From assembly GCA_027083345.1 (NCBI GenBank), contig JALWOZ010000016.1, positions 5 through 64,004 on the forward strand: a DNA stretch of 64,000 bases, given 5' to 3'. A program made the position numbers and the translations under genes. A model generated the notes under the pieces. It saw nothing but the letters and a program-made list of their open reading frames with translations, was not told the origin of the DNA and made no database searches. Shown in pieces: positions 1-13,871 of the stretch (within the stretch, counting starts at the first letter, position 1; each line of letters starts with the position of its first letter). Source of the DNA: Candidatus Kaiserbacteria bacterium (GTDB lineage: Bacteria > Patescibacteriota > Minisyncoccia > Phycocordibacterales > UBA2100).

Positions 1-410
1 TGCTCTTTAGGCTCAAAATTAAAGCTTGGCTTCTCCCCAACTTGCCTTATCACTACATTCTCATTTTCGTCCTTACCCACTGGCATCGCTGGGTCTGTAA
101 TATTTGGCACTTGGTATAGTAGGCCCGCAAACTCCTCTGCCACAGGCGCAAGCTCCTCCTCTAGAGCCTTGACCCTCTCTTTAAGCTCTGCAACGCTCTT
201 GATCATCTCCTCTCTATCTACCCCACTTGCCTTAGCTATCTCTGCACTTGCCTTGTTTTGCTCTGCGCGCGCCTCGTCAAGCCTTGTCATTATCTCTCTC
301 CTGCGCTCGTCTAGCTCTAAGAGCTTGTCTATATCTATATTTTTATTCTTGTTATTTACGGCACTCTTAACCCTGTCTACATTCTCTCGTATAAATTTTA
401 TATCTAACAT
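1..410 (-). CDS. serS: Seryl-tRNA synthetase, N-terminal part (partial; gene runs off the window start)
   Basis: Reverse-strand translation from the ATG at 410 gives MLDIKFIRENVDRVKSAVNNKN...EELAPVAEEF...VGKDENENVVIRQVGEKPSFNFEPKEH. This matches the SerS N-terminal coiled-coil arm and the start of the catalytic core. It is absent from the ORF track because no stop falls inside the window. Confidence 0.6.
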   Translation of the reverse strand, partial: MLDIKFIRENVDRVKSAVNNKNKNIDIDKLLELDERRREIMTRLDEARAEQNKASAEIAKASGVDREEMIKSVAELKERVKALEEELAPVAEEFAGLLYQVPNITDPAMPVGKDENENVVIRQVGEKPSFNFEPKE

Positions 411-430
411 AATGGTATAATAATACACCT

Positions 431-1315
431 ATGAGTATTAAATCACAAATTAGAAAGCTAGAGCAAAGCGAGCATCCACCAATGCTCGCTGAGATACCAC
501 AACCGCCGAAGAAACTCTACTGTGAAGGTGAGATGCCTAGCTACACTCAGCACAAATTCTTAGCTGTTGTAGGCTCACGTAAATTCTCTCGTTATGGCAG
601 AGAAGTATGTCAGGCACTCATCTCTGGGCTCAAGGGGCAAAACATCGTGATAATAAGTGGTTTAGCTCTCGGTATAGATGCGATAGCTCATCAGTCGGCT
701 CTTGACGCTGAGCTTAAAACTATAGCCATACCCGGCTCCGGCCTAGACAGGAAGGTCTTGCACCCACGCACTAATCATAAGCTCGCAGATGAGATAGTTA
801 AGAGTGGTGGAGCACTCTTAAGTGAGTTTGAGCCACTAATGCCGGCAGGGCTCCACACCTTCCCCCAACGGAACAGGATTATGGTAGGCATGAGCCACGC
901 AGTGCTACTTATAGAGGCAGCTGAGCGCTCTGGCACACTCATCACAGCACGCCTCACCACAGAGTACAATCGTGAGCTCTTGGCCGTACCGCACGACATC
1001 ACTAGAGTCACAGCGCAGGGTGTAAACCAGTTTATAAAGCTTGGTGCCACACCAGTAACAAGTAGTGAGGACATACTCACAGCGCTTGGCATAGAGCCCG
1101 AGCAAAACCCAGATCAACAACACCTAAACTTGCAAGAGTTAAGCAAAGACGAACAAAAAGTGGTAAGCATACTGAGTGCCGACTCACTACCCAAAGATGA
1201 ATTGATAAATAAACTAGGTATTGATATAAGCAAAGCAAACATATTACTCTCCGCAATGGAGTTGAAGGACATTATTAAAGAAGAACTTGGGGACATCCGG
1301 CTTGTTGCTTTGTAA
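431..1315 (+). CDS. dprA: DNA processing protein DprA (Smf family)
   Basis: Rossmann-like DprA core with the GLALGIDAIAHQSAL motif, plus a C-terminal winged-helix region. Confidence 0.85.
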   Translation: MSIKSQIRKLEQSEHPPMLAEIPQPPKKLYCEGEMPSYTQHKFLAVVGSRKFSRYGREVCQALISGLKGQNIVIISGLALGIDAIAHQSALDAELKTIAIPGSGLDRKVLHPRTNHKLADEIVKSGGALLSEFEPLMPAGLHTFPQRNRIMVGMSHAVLLIEAAERSGTLITARLTTEYNRELLAVPHDITRVTAQGVNQFIKLGATPVTSSEDILTALGIEPEQNPDQQHLNLQELSKDEQKVVSILSADSLPKDELINKLGIDISKANILLSAMELKDIIKEELGDIRLVAL

Positions 1316-1418
1316 CGATGTGGTATAAATACAGTCCCTAGTTGCCAAGAGCAGCGGGGAAACTCGCCTCTGGCCCCTTTGGGGCTGGGGGTTTATTTTA
1401 TATGACACAAAGTTGTTG

Positions 1419-1491
1419 AGCCAAGACGGAGACTCGAACTCCGGACCTACGGTTTACGATACCGTTGCTCTACCAACTGAGCTATCTTGGC
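1419..1491 (-). tRNA. tRNA-Thr (anticodon CGT)
   Basis: The reverse complement folds as a cloverleaf: acceptor GCCAAGA/TCTTGGC, D-arm GCTCAGTTGGTAGAGC, anticodon stem ACGGT/ACCGT with loop ATCGTAA, T-arm GGAGTTCGAGTCTCC. CCA is not encoded. Confidence 0.75.
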
Positions 1492-1544
1492 TTATATATT
1501 ATGACTTTACAGTTTGCTCACTACAATGCCACAAGCAAAGCTTG

Positions 1545-1617
1545 AGCCATTGCGCGGGATTGAACCGCGGACCTCACCCTTACCATGGGTGTGCTCTACC
1601 AACTGAGCTACAATGGC
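1545..1617 (-). tRNA. tRNA-Thr (anticodon GGT)
   Basis: Reverse complement GCCATTGTAGCTCAGTTGGTAGAGCACACCCATGGTAAGGGTGAGGTCCGCGGTTCAATCCCGCGCAATGGC. Anticodon stem CACCC/GGGTG with loop ATGGTAA. There is no long variable arm, so it is not Tyr. Confidence 0.75.
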
Positions 1618-1639
1618 GTGTATACAATAGTACAACACT

Positions 1640-1942
1640 TTAATAAGTGGTGCAAAATGTCGCCCCGAATTCGCTATCTTTAAGTCCGTGTGCACGAGCC
1701 TCATCTTCAGATATAAATTTATTACCCACCCCATCACAGAAGTAGATGCCATCCGTACGAGTAGGATTCTTATCTATAACAACTCTCTCAATAACACATA
1801 TGGGGTATCCACCCGGATTAACTCCGCCACCAGCATTCAGGCAAGTATCCGTATATTTGAAATTATACCATTTGGCACTCAGCCAAAATGCTAAAACAAC
1901 AATAAATATACAGGAGGCGTATCTTGTATATTTAATCTTCAT
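1640..1942 (-). CDS. Hypothetical small secreted protein (signal peptide, 4 Cys, Gly-rich), embedded in the tRNA cluster
   Basis: 100-aa ORF with an N-terminal hydrophobic signal-like segment (ASCIFIVVLAFWLSA). It exactly fills the gap between tRNA-Thr and tRNA-Asp. Homology could not be assessed. Confidence 0.3.
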   Translation of the reverse strand: MKIKYTRYASCIFIVVLAFWLSAKWYNFKYTDTCLNAGGGVNPGGYPICVIERVVIDKNPTRTDGIYFCDGVGNKFISEDEARAHGLKDSEFGATFCTTY

Positions 1943-1956
1943 TATTATATCTTATG

Positions 1957-2030
1957 CGCGATCGAAGGGACTTGAACCCTCAACCTCTCGCGTGACAGGC
2001 GAGTGCTCTAACCAGTTGAGCTACGACCGC
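1957..2030 (-). tRNA. tRNA-Asp (anticodon GTC)
   Basis: Reverse complement GCGGTCGTAGCTCAACTGGTTAGAGCACTCGCCTGTCACGCGAGAGGTTGAGGGTTCAAGTCCCTTCGATCGC. The anticodon loop CTGTCAC is typical of tRNA-Asp. 7-bp acceptor stem. Confidence 0.8.
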
Positions 2031-2084
2031 ATAGCGGTGCGGGTATTGTACAATACATGCCAATATTTGCAAGAATCATAATTG

Positions 2085-2158
2085 TGCCGAGGGTGAGACT
2101 CGAACTCACGACCTAGCGCGTATGAGACGCTCGCTCTAACCACCTGAGCTACCTCGAC
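2085..2158 (-). tRNA. tRNA-Met (anticodon CAT; elongator-type, or possibly tRNA-Ile2/lysidine)
   Basis: Reverse complement GTCGAGGTAGCTCAGGTGGTTAGAGCGAGCGTCTCATACGCGCTAGGTCGTGAGTTCGAGTCTCACCCTCGGC. Anticodon loop CTCATAC. G1:C72 and the absence of a GGG/CCC anticodon stem argue against an initiator tRNA. Confidence 0.7.
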
Positions 2159-2289
2159 TTTGTCGTAATAACCATTATGCTCACAATACGACCACAACAG
2201 CTACCTCGACAGTGCCCACAGAATAGCACATTCTGTGGGCTGGGCAAGAAGCTTATATAAGTAATATTACTATTTATGTAAGTTTATCC

Positions 2290-4221
2290 CTACTTCTCAT
2301 CCTTCTTCTCCTCTGAATCGTCTGTCTTCTCCTCTTTTGAGTCTGAGCCAGCTTCCTTAGAGTCTTCTGTCTTATCCTCACTATCAGGTTTAGACTCCTC
2401 AGCCTTGGCCTTCATAGCCTCTTGCAAATCAGATTGTATTGCTTGCATTGCATCTGAGAGCTCCTTTGTCGCTGTCTCAAGTGACTCTTTTGTGGCGCTT
2501 GTATTTGCTATCTCTGTGCGGAGCTTTGCCACTGCCTCCTCTACTGGCTTCTTCCTCTCTGCATCTAACTTATCTCCAGCCTCTGTAAGAGCCTTCTCCG
2601 TACTGTAGGCTAGCGTCTCTGCCATGTTTTTGCTCTCTACAAGCTCCTTCTTCTTTTTATCCTCCTCGGCATTGTCTTCGGCATCCTTCTTCATCTTCTC
2701 TACCTCCTCCTCTGAGAGGCCAGAGCTACCCTCTATCTTAATCTCCTGCTCTTTACCACTTGCCTTATCTTTTGCTGTAACCTTAAGTATACCGTCAGCA
2801 TCAAGATCAAATGTAACCTCTATTTGCGGTACACCACGAGGTGCTGGGGCTATACCATCAAGTACAAACTTGCCAAGCACCTTATTGTCTGCAAGCATCT
2901 CGCGCTCACCCTGCCCTACTACAATGTCTACACTGGGTTGATTGTCTACAGCTGTAGAGAATATTTGACTCTTGCTTGTTGGGATTGTTGTGTTGCGCTC
3001 TATGAGCTTTGTCATCACACCTCCCATCGTCTCTATACCGAGAGAGAGTGGCGTAACGTCAAGCAAAAGTACATCCTTCACATCTCCTTGTAATATACCA
3101 CCTTGCAGAGCGGCTCCAAGCGCCACAACTTCATCTGGGTTAATGCTCTTATTTGGCTCTTTGCCAAAATATTCCTTAACAGCATCTACTATGGCCGGCA
3201 TACGCGTCTGCCCACCAACCAATATAACCTCATCTATCTCACTAGCCTTAAATGGACTTGCCTCTATTGCTTTCTTAGTAATCTCCATTGCTTTATCTAT
3301 ATACTCTTGAGCAAGCTCATTGAGCTTTGCCCTTGTGAGTTTAAGCATAAGGTGCTTTGGTCCATCCTCACCCTGAGTTATAAACGGTATATTAACTTCT
3401 GCCTCACTGGCAGTTGAGAGCTCTATCTTGGCCTTCTCTGCGGCCTCATCAAGTCTCTGCACCGCTAGAGGATCTCCCATTAGATCTATGCCATTCTCCT
3501 TCTTAAACTCCTCGGCTATGTAATTAATAAGCTTTTGGTCTATGTCTCGCCCTCCCATGTGAGAATCACCATCTGTACTCTTTACTTCAATAACATCATC
3601 TGCCACCTCGAGAACAGACACATCAAATGTACCACCTCCAAAGTCAAATACGGCTATCTTCTCATCTTTCTTTGTGTTGAAGCCGTAGGCAAAGGCGGCT
3701 GCTGTAGGCTCATTGATAATCCTCTTTACATCAAGGCCAGCTATCTTGCCGGCGTCTTTAGTAGCTTTACGTTGGTCATCATTGAAGTAAGCAGGCACTG
3801 TGATAACAGCCTCTGTTATCTTCTCTCCTGTCTTTGCCTCGGCATCTGCCTTGAGCTTGCTTAGTATCATTGCAGAGAGCTCCTCTGGGCGATACTCTGT
3901 GTCTCCAAGCTTAATAAGCACACCACCATCCTTACCCTCCTTAAGCTCATATGGCACATTTTTAATATCATCCTGTACTACCTTATCTTTAAATTTGTGT
4001 CCCATATAGCGCTTAATACCATATGCAGTACCGCTAGGATTAGTCACTGCCTGGCGCTTGGCCAGCACTCCCACCAATTTCTCTCCACTTTTGCTCACAG
4101 CTACTACTGACGGCGTAGTGCGAGCACCTTCGGCATTCTCTAATATCTCAGGCTCACCGGCATTAACCACAGCCATTGCTGAGTTGGTTGTACCTAAGTC
4201 TATTCCTAATATTTTGCTCAT
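2290..4221 (-). CDS. dnaK: Chaperone DnaK (Hsp70)
   Basis: [34 protein letters not shown] and a C-terminal acidic EEVD-like tail. 643 aa. Confidence 0.95.
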   Translation of the reverse strand: MSKILGIDLGTTNSAMAVVNAGEPEILENAEGARTTPSVVAVSKSGEKLVGVLAKRQAVTNPSGTAYGIKRYMGHKFKDKVVQDDIKNVPYELKEGKDGGVLIKLGDTEYRPEELSAMILSKLKADAEAKTGEKITEAVITVPAYFNDDQRKATKDAGKIAGLDVKRIINEPTAAAFAYGFNTKKDEKIAVFDFGGGTFDVSVLEVADDVIEVKSTDGDSHMGGRDIDQKLINYIAEEFKKENGIDLMGDPLAVQRLDEAAEKAKIELSTASEAEVNIPFITQGEDGPKHLMLKLTRAKLNELAQEYIDKAMEITKKAIEASPFKASEIDEVILVGGQTRMPAIVDAVKEYFGKEPNKSINPDEVVALGAALQGGILQGDVKDVLLLDVTPLSLGIETMGGVMTKLIERNTTIPTSKSQIFSTAVDNQPSVDIVVGQGEREMLADNKVLGKFVLDGIAPAPRGVPQIEVTFDLDADGILKVTAKDKASGKEQEIKIEGSSGLSEEEVEKMKKDAEDNAEEDKKKKELVESKNMAETLAYSTEKALTEAGDKLDAERKKPVEEAVAKLRTEIANTSATKESLETATKELSDAMQAIQSDLQEAMKAKAEESKPDSEDKTEDSKEAGSDSKEEKTDDSEEKKDEK

Positions 4222-4342
4222 AATTTTTTATTTATTGTTTTTAATATTTATAATTCAATACTTTTGTCATAAAGCTATTGGTGAGTGAACTCTCAGTGGG
4301 GCTGTCGGACTGAAGGCTGTTTGAGCCTGAAGGAGACGGCGA

Positions 4343-4362
4343 ATTTTGCCCGCAGGCAAAAT
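4343..4362. other. Perfect 8-bp hairpin ATTTTGCC-CGCA-GGCAAAAT between orf104 and the dnaK promoter region
   Basis: Inverted repeat seen directly in the sequence. There is no U-tract after the stem on either strand, so it is not a canonical intrinsic terminator. Confidence 0.3.
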
Positions 4363-4402
4363 ATCGTGTACCCCAATGAGGGTTTACACACCAAGAGCTA
4401 CT

Positions 4403-4717
4403 CTAAGTATCTAACACTTTGTCTCGCAAATAAGCAGACATATTGCTGTAGCCAGCCTCTATGGCCGACTGCATTATGCTCTCCTTCTCTGCAGGAGTAA
4501 CACGGAAGCGTAGAGCCTCACTCTGCACTCCGGCATTTTGCTCATTAATGCGTATTATTATCTCCGGCAATTGAGCAAGTACGGCGGGTATCTCGTCATT
4601 TGAGTACTTTTGCCTTATACCGGCACCTTTGCAAACAAGTGTAGTGCGCGTGCGTGCTGGCTCAAGCACATACTCATACTTACGATTCCCCACTATTATG
4701 TAATGCTTCATTACCAT
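4403..4717 (-). CDS. Hypothetical protein with a C-terminal ribbon-helix-helix (CopG/MobC-like) DNA-binding motif
   Basis: The C-terminal RFRVTPAEKESIMQSAIEAGYSNMSAYLRDKVL matches the RHH pattern R-x-T-x-x-E-K-x-x-L...A...G-x-S-x-S-x-Y-L-R. The N-terminal 70 aa are uncharacterised. Confidence 0.45.
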   Translation of the reverse strand: MVMKHYIIVGNRKYEYVLEPARTRTTLVCKGAGIRQKYSNDEIPAVLAQLPEIIIRINEQNAGVQSEALRFRVTPAEKESIMQSAIEAGYSNMSAYLRDKVLDT

Positions 4718-4755
4718 TGTGGTACATTATACTCCTCTGTACCACAAATGCAAAT

Positions 4756-9323
<4,568 letters not shown>

Positions 9324-9332
9324 AAAGTTGCC

Positions 9333-9704
9333 CTAGTATAACACATCATTCTTAGACTCTCCATTAACAAATACATTTACATATTTACCACCAACACTAC
9401 TTTTAGAACCAGAATCTTTAAGTCCCGCCTTTATCTTCTCTAAATTATTTACATCATCTATTGTGCCTTTTAAATCTTTAAATTGAGACACTACACCATC
9501 TACATTTTCTTTAATATTAATGTCATTGACAACCTCAGACACTCCGACTGCGCTACTAGCCAAGTTCTTTATATTGCCACTATGTGCAAAATTATAGCTC
9601 CATAAAGAAAATATAAACATAGTTACTACTACAGCCATAGTCATAGCCATAAAGGCTCTTTGCTCTTGTTTTTTATTACGTAGCTTTTCTATAATCTTTT
9701 GCAT
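9333..9704 (-). CDS. Hypothetical membrane-anchored protein (single N-terminal TM)
   Basis: 123-aa ORF with a TM segment MAMTMAVVVTMFIFSLW, lying 10 nt upstream of gyrA. Confidence 0.35.
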   Translation of the reverse strand: MQKIIEKLRNKKQEQRAFMAMTMAVVVTMFIFSLWSYNFAHSGNIKNLASSAVGVSEVVNDINIKENVDGVVSQFKDLKGTIDDVNNLEKIKAGLKDSGSKSSVGGKYVNVFVNGESKNDVLY

Positions 9705-9743
9705 AAACTTACCTTATATTATACACTAAGTCTAACAAAAAAT

Positions 9744-10220
9744 CTATAAATTTAAGTCTATTTTAGTACCCTTTTCTATACCGTTAGCCTCAGAGAAGCC
9801 TGTTAAAACTTCTAATATATACTTAGCAGGTCTCTCTGGCTCAAATACATCAGGATACGACTCAGGGTATACCGTCCTCTTTAAATCTATTACAGTACCG
9901 TCCTCAGACAACCACAATATGTCTAAGCCGAATTTCATTCCTCTCATCCAAACACGCCATCTTGCAGGTCTATTAAATACAAATAACATACCTTCACCTG
10001 GTGCCATTGTATCTCTACCCCCCAAGCCTTTTTGTTTTTTGCTAGCAGTATCTGCCACTATTACATGTATAGGTGTATATTTGTTTACATATATGGTGTG
10101 CTTACCAAATTCTTTATCTGTAAGGGGTTGCACAGACTCGTGAAATAATAAAGCAAAGATACCTAAAAATACTAGCAACAAGAAACCGAAAAAGAGTATT
10201 AAAGACAGTGGCTTTTCCAT
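9744..10220 (-). CDS. DUF192 (COG1430) family protein with N-terminal TM/signal
   Basis: GEGMLFVF...WMRGMKFGLDILWLSEDGTV...AKYILEV pattern is characteristic of DUF192. Confidence 0.6.
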   Translation of the reverse strand: MEKPLSLILFFGFLLLVFLGIFALLFHESVQPLTDKEFGKHTIYVNKYTPIHVIVADTASKKQKGLGGRDTMAPGEGMLFVFNRPARWRVWMRGMKFGLDILWLSEDGTVIDLKRTVYPESYPDVFEPERPAKYILEVLTGFSEANGIEKGTKIDLNL

Positions 10221-10242
10221 AACTACCTAGTATACTACAAAT

Positions 10243-10968
10243 ATGCAAGATATTAAAAAGATTGATTACCCAATACGAATAAACCGCTACTTATATTTAA
10301 ACAATATATGCTCTAGGAGGGGGGCTGATAAATTTATCCAAAATGGAGAAGTACATATAAATGGTAAGGTTGCCAAACTAGGCCAAAAGGTAAATAAAGG
10401 TGATAAAGTAACAATTGGTAAGACTATTAAAAACCTGAAAGAAAACTACAAATATTACATATACAATAAACCCATAGGGGTTGTAAGTCATAACCCGCAA
10501 TTTGGTGAAAAAGATGCCATACAAGATGCAAAATTAGATTCAAATTTCTTTCCTGTTGGTAGACTGGATAAGGCCTCAGAGGGCTTAATGCTCCTGACTA
10601 ATGATGGCAGGATTGTAAATAAAATACTTAATCCGGAGTTCTCACACAAAAAGGAGTATGAAGTCAAATTAGATAAACCTATAAAAAATCACGATATTAA
10701 AATACTCTCTAAGGGAGTAGATATAGAAGGTTATAAGACAAAACCCGCACAAGTACTAAAATCTTCAGAGAAAACCTTAAAGATGACTCTCACAGAAGGT
10801 AAGAAGCATCAAATAAGGAGAATGCTTATGGCTCTAGGGTATCAGGTACAAAATCTAAAACGAGTATCTATAATGCACTTACAATTAAAAGATCTGCGAA
10901 CTTCCCAAAAACGAGAACTAACCAAACAAGAGTCTAAAGTATTATTAAAAGAACTTAATATAGTATAA
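10243..10968 (+). CDS. rRNA pseudouridine synthase, RsuA/RluB family
   Basis: N-terminal S4 domain and the catalytic FFPVGRLDKASEGLMLLTNDG motif. Confidence 0.8.
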   Translation: MQDIKKIDYPIRINRYLYLNNICSRRGADKFIQNGEVHINGKVAKLGQKVNKGDKVTIGKTIKNLKENYKYYIYNKPIGVVSHNPQFGEKDAIQDAKLDSNFFPVGRLDKASEGLMLLTNDGRIVNKILNPEFSHKKEYEVKLDKPIKNHDIKILSKGVDIEGYKTKPAQVLKSSEKTLKMTLTEGKKHQIRRMLMALGYQVQNLKRVSIMHLQLKDLRTSQKRELTKQESKVLLKELNIV

Positions 10969-10976
10969 TAAACACA

Positions 10977-12425
10977 ATGTTCAAAAATAAACAACAAAAA
11001 CAAATAAATAGTACTCCTCTAAAACTCAAAAATACTCTAACTAATAATAAAGAGGAGTTCCGGCCAATTATACCGGGTAAGGTACGTATGTATAACTGTG
11101 GCCCTACTGTTTATAATGAGCCCCAAATAGGCAACCTGCGTTCATATGTATTTGCAGATATTTTACGCAGAACTCTTGAATACAATGGCTATGAGGTTAA
11201 CCAAATTATAAACATAACAGATGTAGGACACTTAGTGGCAGATTCAGAAGATGGGGAGGACAAGATGGAAAAACGAGCAAAAGAGACAGGTAAGCAAGCT
11301 CAAGATATAGCAAAAGAAATTACAGATATATTTCTAAACAACTTGATAGATCTTGGTATAGATATAGATAAAATACAATTCCCTCGTGCTACCGAATATA
11401 TACAAGAGATGATAGAAATGATAAAAACATTATTAGAAAAAGGCTATGCTTACATAACAGACCACGGCATAGCATTTGACACAACTAAATTTAAAGACTA
11501 TGGCAAGCTGGGTAATATAAATATAGACGAACAACTCTCTGGCGCGCGTGTAAAGACAGATCCACTAAAGTTACATCCAACCGACTTTTGGCTATGGAAG
11601 TTTAATAAAGGCAAACAAAAGCGCCAACAGGAGTGGAATTCTCCTTGGGGTAGAGGCTTCCCCGGTTGGCATATAGAGTGCTCAGCTATGAGTCGTACTC
11701 TACTAGGTAGACAACTAGACATACATACGGGAGGGGTTGACCATATACCAGTACATCACAACAACGAGATAGCACAAAGCGAGAGCGCAAATGGTAAAAA
11801 ATTTGTAAATTACTGGATGCATAATGCCTTTTTAATGTTTGACGGCAAAAGATTTGAGAAATCTAGCGGGCACGTACTCTACTTAAGGCAAATTGTAGAC
11901 AGGGGCTTCAACCCACTTGCATTACGATACCTATTCCTTGGGACTCATTACAGAGCTGAACAAAACTTTACATGGAATGCCCTAGAGAGTGCGAGTAAAG
12001 CACTACAAAAATTAAAAAAATATTACGTAAATAATCTACTCGTAGCAAAAGACGGTGTTATAGATATAGAATATGAAAATAAGTTTATAAATAGCATAAA
12101 TGACGACCTAAATACACCAAAAGCTATGGCCGTGATATGGGAGTTAATTAAAGACAATTCAATAGAACCAGAAGACAAGCGAGCGACTCTTGAGAACCTT
12201 GACCGCGTACTTGGTCTACAAATAACAAACATTGACACAGAAAGTACAAAAATAAAAGTAACACATAATAAAACTCCGCAAAAGATAAAAGAGCTATTAA
12301 ATGAACGTAAAAAGGCCAGAGAAGCCAAAGACTGGCAAAAGTCAGATGAGCTAAGAGATAAGATAAAAGAATTAGGATACAAAGTGATAGATAAAGGCAA
12401 CAAGCAAGAGCTATCCACATTATAA
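10977..12425 (+). CDS. cysS: Cysteinyl-tRNA synthetase
   Basis: MYNCGPTVY...IGN HIGH-type motif, Zn-binding GWHIECSAM and a KFEKSSG KMSKS-like motif. Confidence 0.9.
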   Translation: MFKNKQQKQINSTPLKLKNTLTNNKEEFRPIIPGKVRMYNCGPTVYNEPQIGNLRSYVFADILRRTLEYNGYEVNQIINITDVGHLVADSEDGEDKMEKRAKETGKQAQDIAKEITDIFLNNLIDLGIDIDKIQFPRATEYIQEMIEMIKTLLEKGYAYITDHGIAFDTTKFKDYGKLGNINIDEQLSGARVKTDPLKLHPTDFWLWKFNKGKQKRQQEWNSPWGRGFPGWHIECSAMSRTLLGRQLDIHTGGVDHIPVHHNNEIAQSESANGKKFVNYWMHNAFLMFDGKRFEKSSGHVLYLRQIVDRGFNPLALRYLFLGTHYRAEQNFTWNALESASKALQKLKKYYVNNLLVAKDGVIDIEYENKFINSINDDLNTPKAMAVIWELIKDNSIEPEDKRATLENLDRVLGLQITNIDTESTKIKVTHNKTPQKIKELLNERKKAREAKDWQKSDELRDKIKELGYKVIDKGNKQELSTL

Positions 12426-12446
12426 TCACAATCTTTTACACTTATT

Positions 12447-13871
12447 TTGATTAGTGGTCAAGCTGGTCTATGTGGTAATATGTCTTACATGACCAAACAA
12501 GTGCGCATACCACCACAAGACATGGAGGCTGAGCAAGCTCTACTTGGAGCTATAATGCTACGTCCTAACGCCATATATGACATTGCAGACTCTGTTAAAC
12601 CAGACTCTTTCTATGCAAGTAAACACAGTACTATATTTAATGCCATGTACAGTCTCTTTAGTAAAGGAGAACCTATAGACCTTATAACATTATCTGGGGA
12701 ATTAAAAAGTAAAAACTTATTAAAAAATATCGGAGGGTCTGCATATCTCTCTGAGTTAACAGCTCTGGCACCCTCTTCTACTAATGTAATGCATTATGCC
12801 GACATAGTTAAAAGTAAGGCAGTTTTAAGACAACTTATAACAGCGGCGGACATTATTGGAGAGTTGGGCTATGCTGAAGATAGAGAAATAGACATAATAG
12901 TAGATGAAGCTCAACAACAAGTATATGAGATAGCTAATTCCTCAAGCTTGCAAAAGTTTACCTCTATGAAGGATGCGGTTAAGGATGCCTTTGAGCGCCT
13001 TGATAAGCTCCGCGAAAGCGACGATCACCTACGCGGTGTACCTAGTGGCTTCCCTGACCTTGATAACTTACTCTCCGGCTTCCAAAAGTCTGACCTCATA
13101 ATCCTAGCCGCCCGCCCGTCTGTAGGTAAGACGACCTTTGCGCTAGACATTGCTCGTAAGGCGGCAGTAGACCATAAAGTTCCAGTAGGCATCTTCTCTC
13201 TAGAAATGGGCTCAAACCAACTAACAGATAGACTCTTAGCAGCACAAAGTAAGGTAGACAGTTGGAAGTTGCGCACAGGCAAGTTAAGTAATGATGATGA
13301 GTACGACAGGATACGCGATGCAATGGGAGTATTAGAGGAAGCTCCAATATATATAGACGACAACTCAAGTAGTACAGTCCTGCAAATGCGCGCCAACTGT
13401 CGTAAACTTGTTGCAGAAAAAGAGCTTGGGCTCATAATCATAGACTACCTACAGCTTATTACTCCTGCTACGCACCTGCAGAGTGCTGGCACCGTACAAC
13501 AGATCACTGAGATATCTCGATCTCTAAAAGGTCTGGCTCGTGAGCTTAATGTGCCGGTGATAGCCCTCTCACAACTCTCGCGTGCTGTTGAAAGTCGCGG
13601 TGGCACTCCTCGACTCTCAGACTTGCGAGACTCTGGATCTATAGAGCAAGATGCCGATGTTGTTATGTTTTTACACAGAGATATGAAGGAGAACGACGAT
13701 GAAGCTGGAAGAGAGAACGTAACAAATGTAATGGTAGAGAAGCATCGTAATGGCGCAGTAGGTAAAATAGACCTATACTTTGATGCTAAGCATGTGAGCT
13801 TTATGAGTGTAGAGAAGAATCGCTTTGACGACTTCAACTCTGAACCTAAAGATGCAGCAGACGATTTTTGA
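12447..13871 (+). CDS. dnaB: Replicative DNA helicase DnaB (true start probably at an internal Met around 12480-12489)
   Basis: N-terminal PPQDMEAEQALLGAIM, Walker A ARPSVGKTTFALD, IIDYLQLI, and a RecA-like C-terminal domain. Confidence 0.9.
   Translation: MISGQAGLCGNMSYMTKQVRIPPQDMEAEQALLGAIMLRPNAIYDIADSVKPDSFYASKHSTIFNAMYSLFSKGEPIDLITLSGELKSKNLLKNIGGSAYLSELTALAPSSTNVMHYADIVKSKAVLRQLITAADIIGELGYAEDREIDIIVDEAQQQVYEIANSSSLQKFTSMKDAVKDAFERLDKLRESDDHLRGVPSGFPDLDNLLSGFQKSDLIILAARPSVGKTTFALDIARKAAVDHKVPVGIFSLEMGSNQLTDRLLAAQSKVDSWKLRTGKLSNDDEYDRIRDAMGVLEEAPIYIDDNSSSTVLQMRANCRKLVAEKELGLIIIDYLQLITPATHLQSAGTVQQITEISRSLKGLARELNVPVIALSQLSRAVESRGGTPRLSDLRDSGSIEQDADVVMFLHRDMKENDDEAGRENVTNVMVEKHRNGAVGKIDLYFDAKHVSFMSVEKNRFDDFNSEPKDAADDF

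Noticed and set aside
169-420. 83-aa + strand ORF (Ser/Leu-rich)
   Set aside because: Low complexity and antisense to the well-supported serS N-terminus. It is a spurious shadow ORF.
2085-2158. Initiator tRNA-fMet call for the CAT-anticodon tRNA
   Set aside because: The 1:72 pair is a G:C Watson-Crick pair, and the anticodon stem lacks three consecutive G:C pairs. It is more consistent with elongator Met or Ile2.
2212-2240. Inverted repeat GCCCACAGAAT...ATTCTGTGGGC downstream of dnaK as a terminator
   Set aside because: It is a perfect 11-bp stem with no U-tract on either side. It may still act as a processing or termination hairpin, but this is not supportable from sequence alone.
2405-4009. 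Several 67-112 aa + strand ORFs inside dnaK
   Set aside because: All are antisense to dnaK and low complexity.
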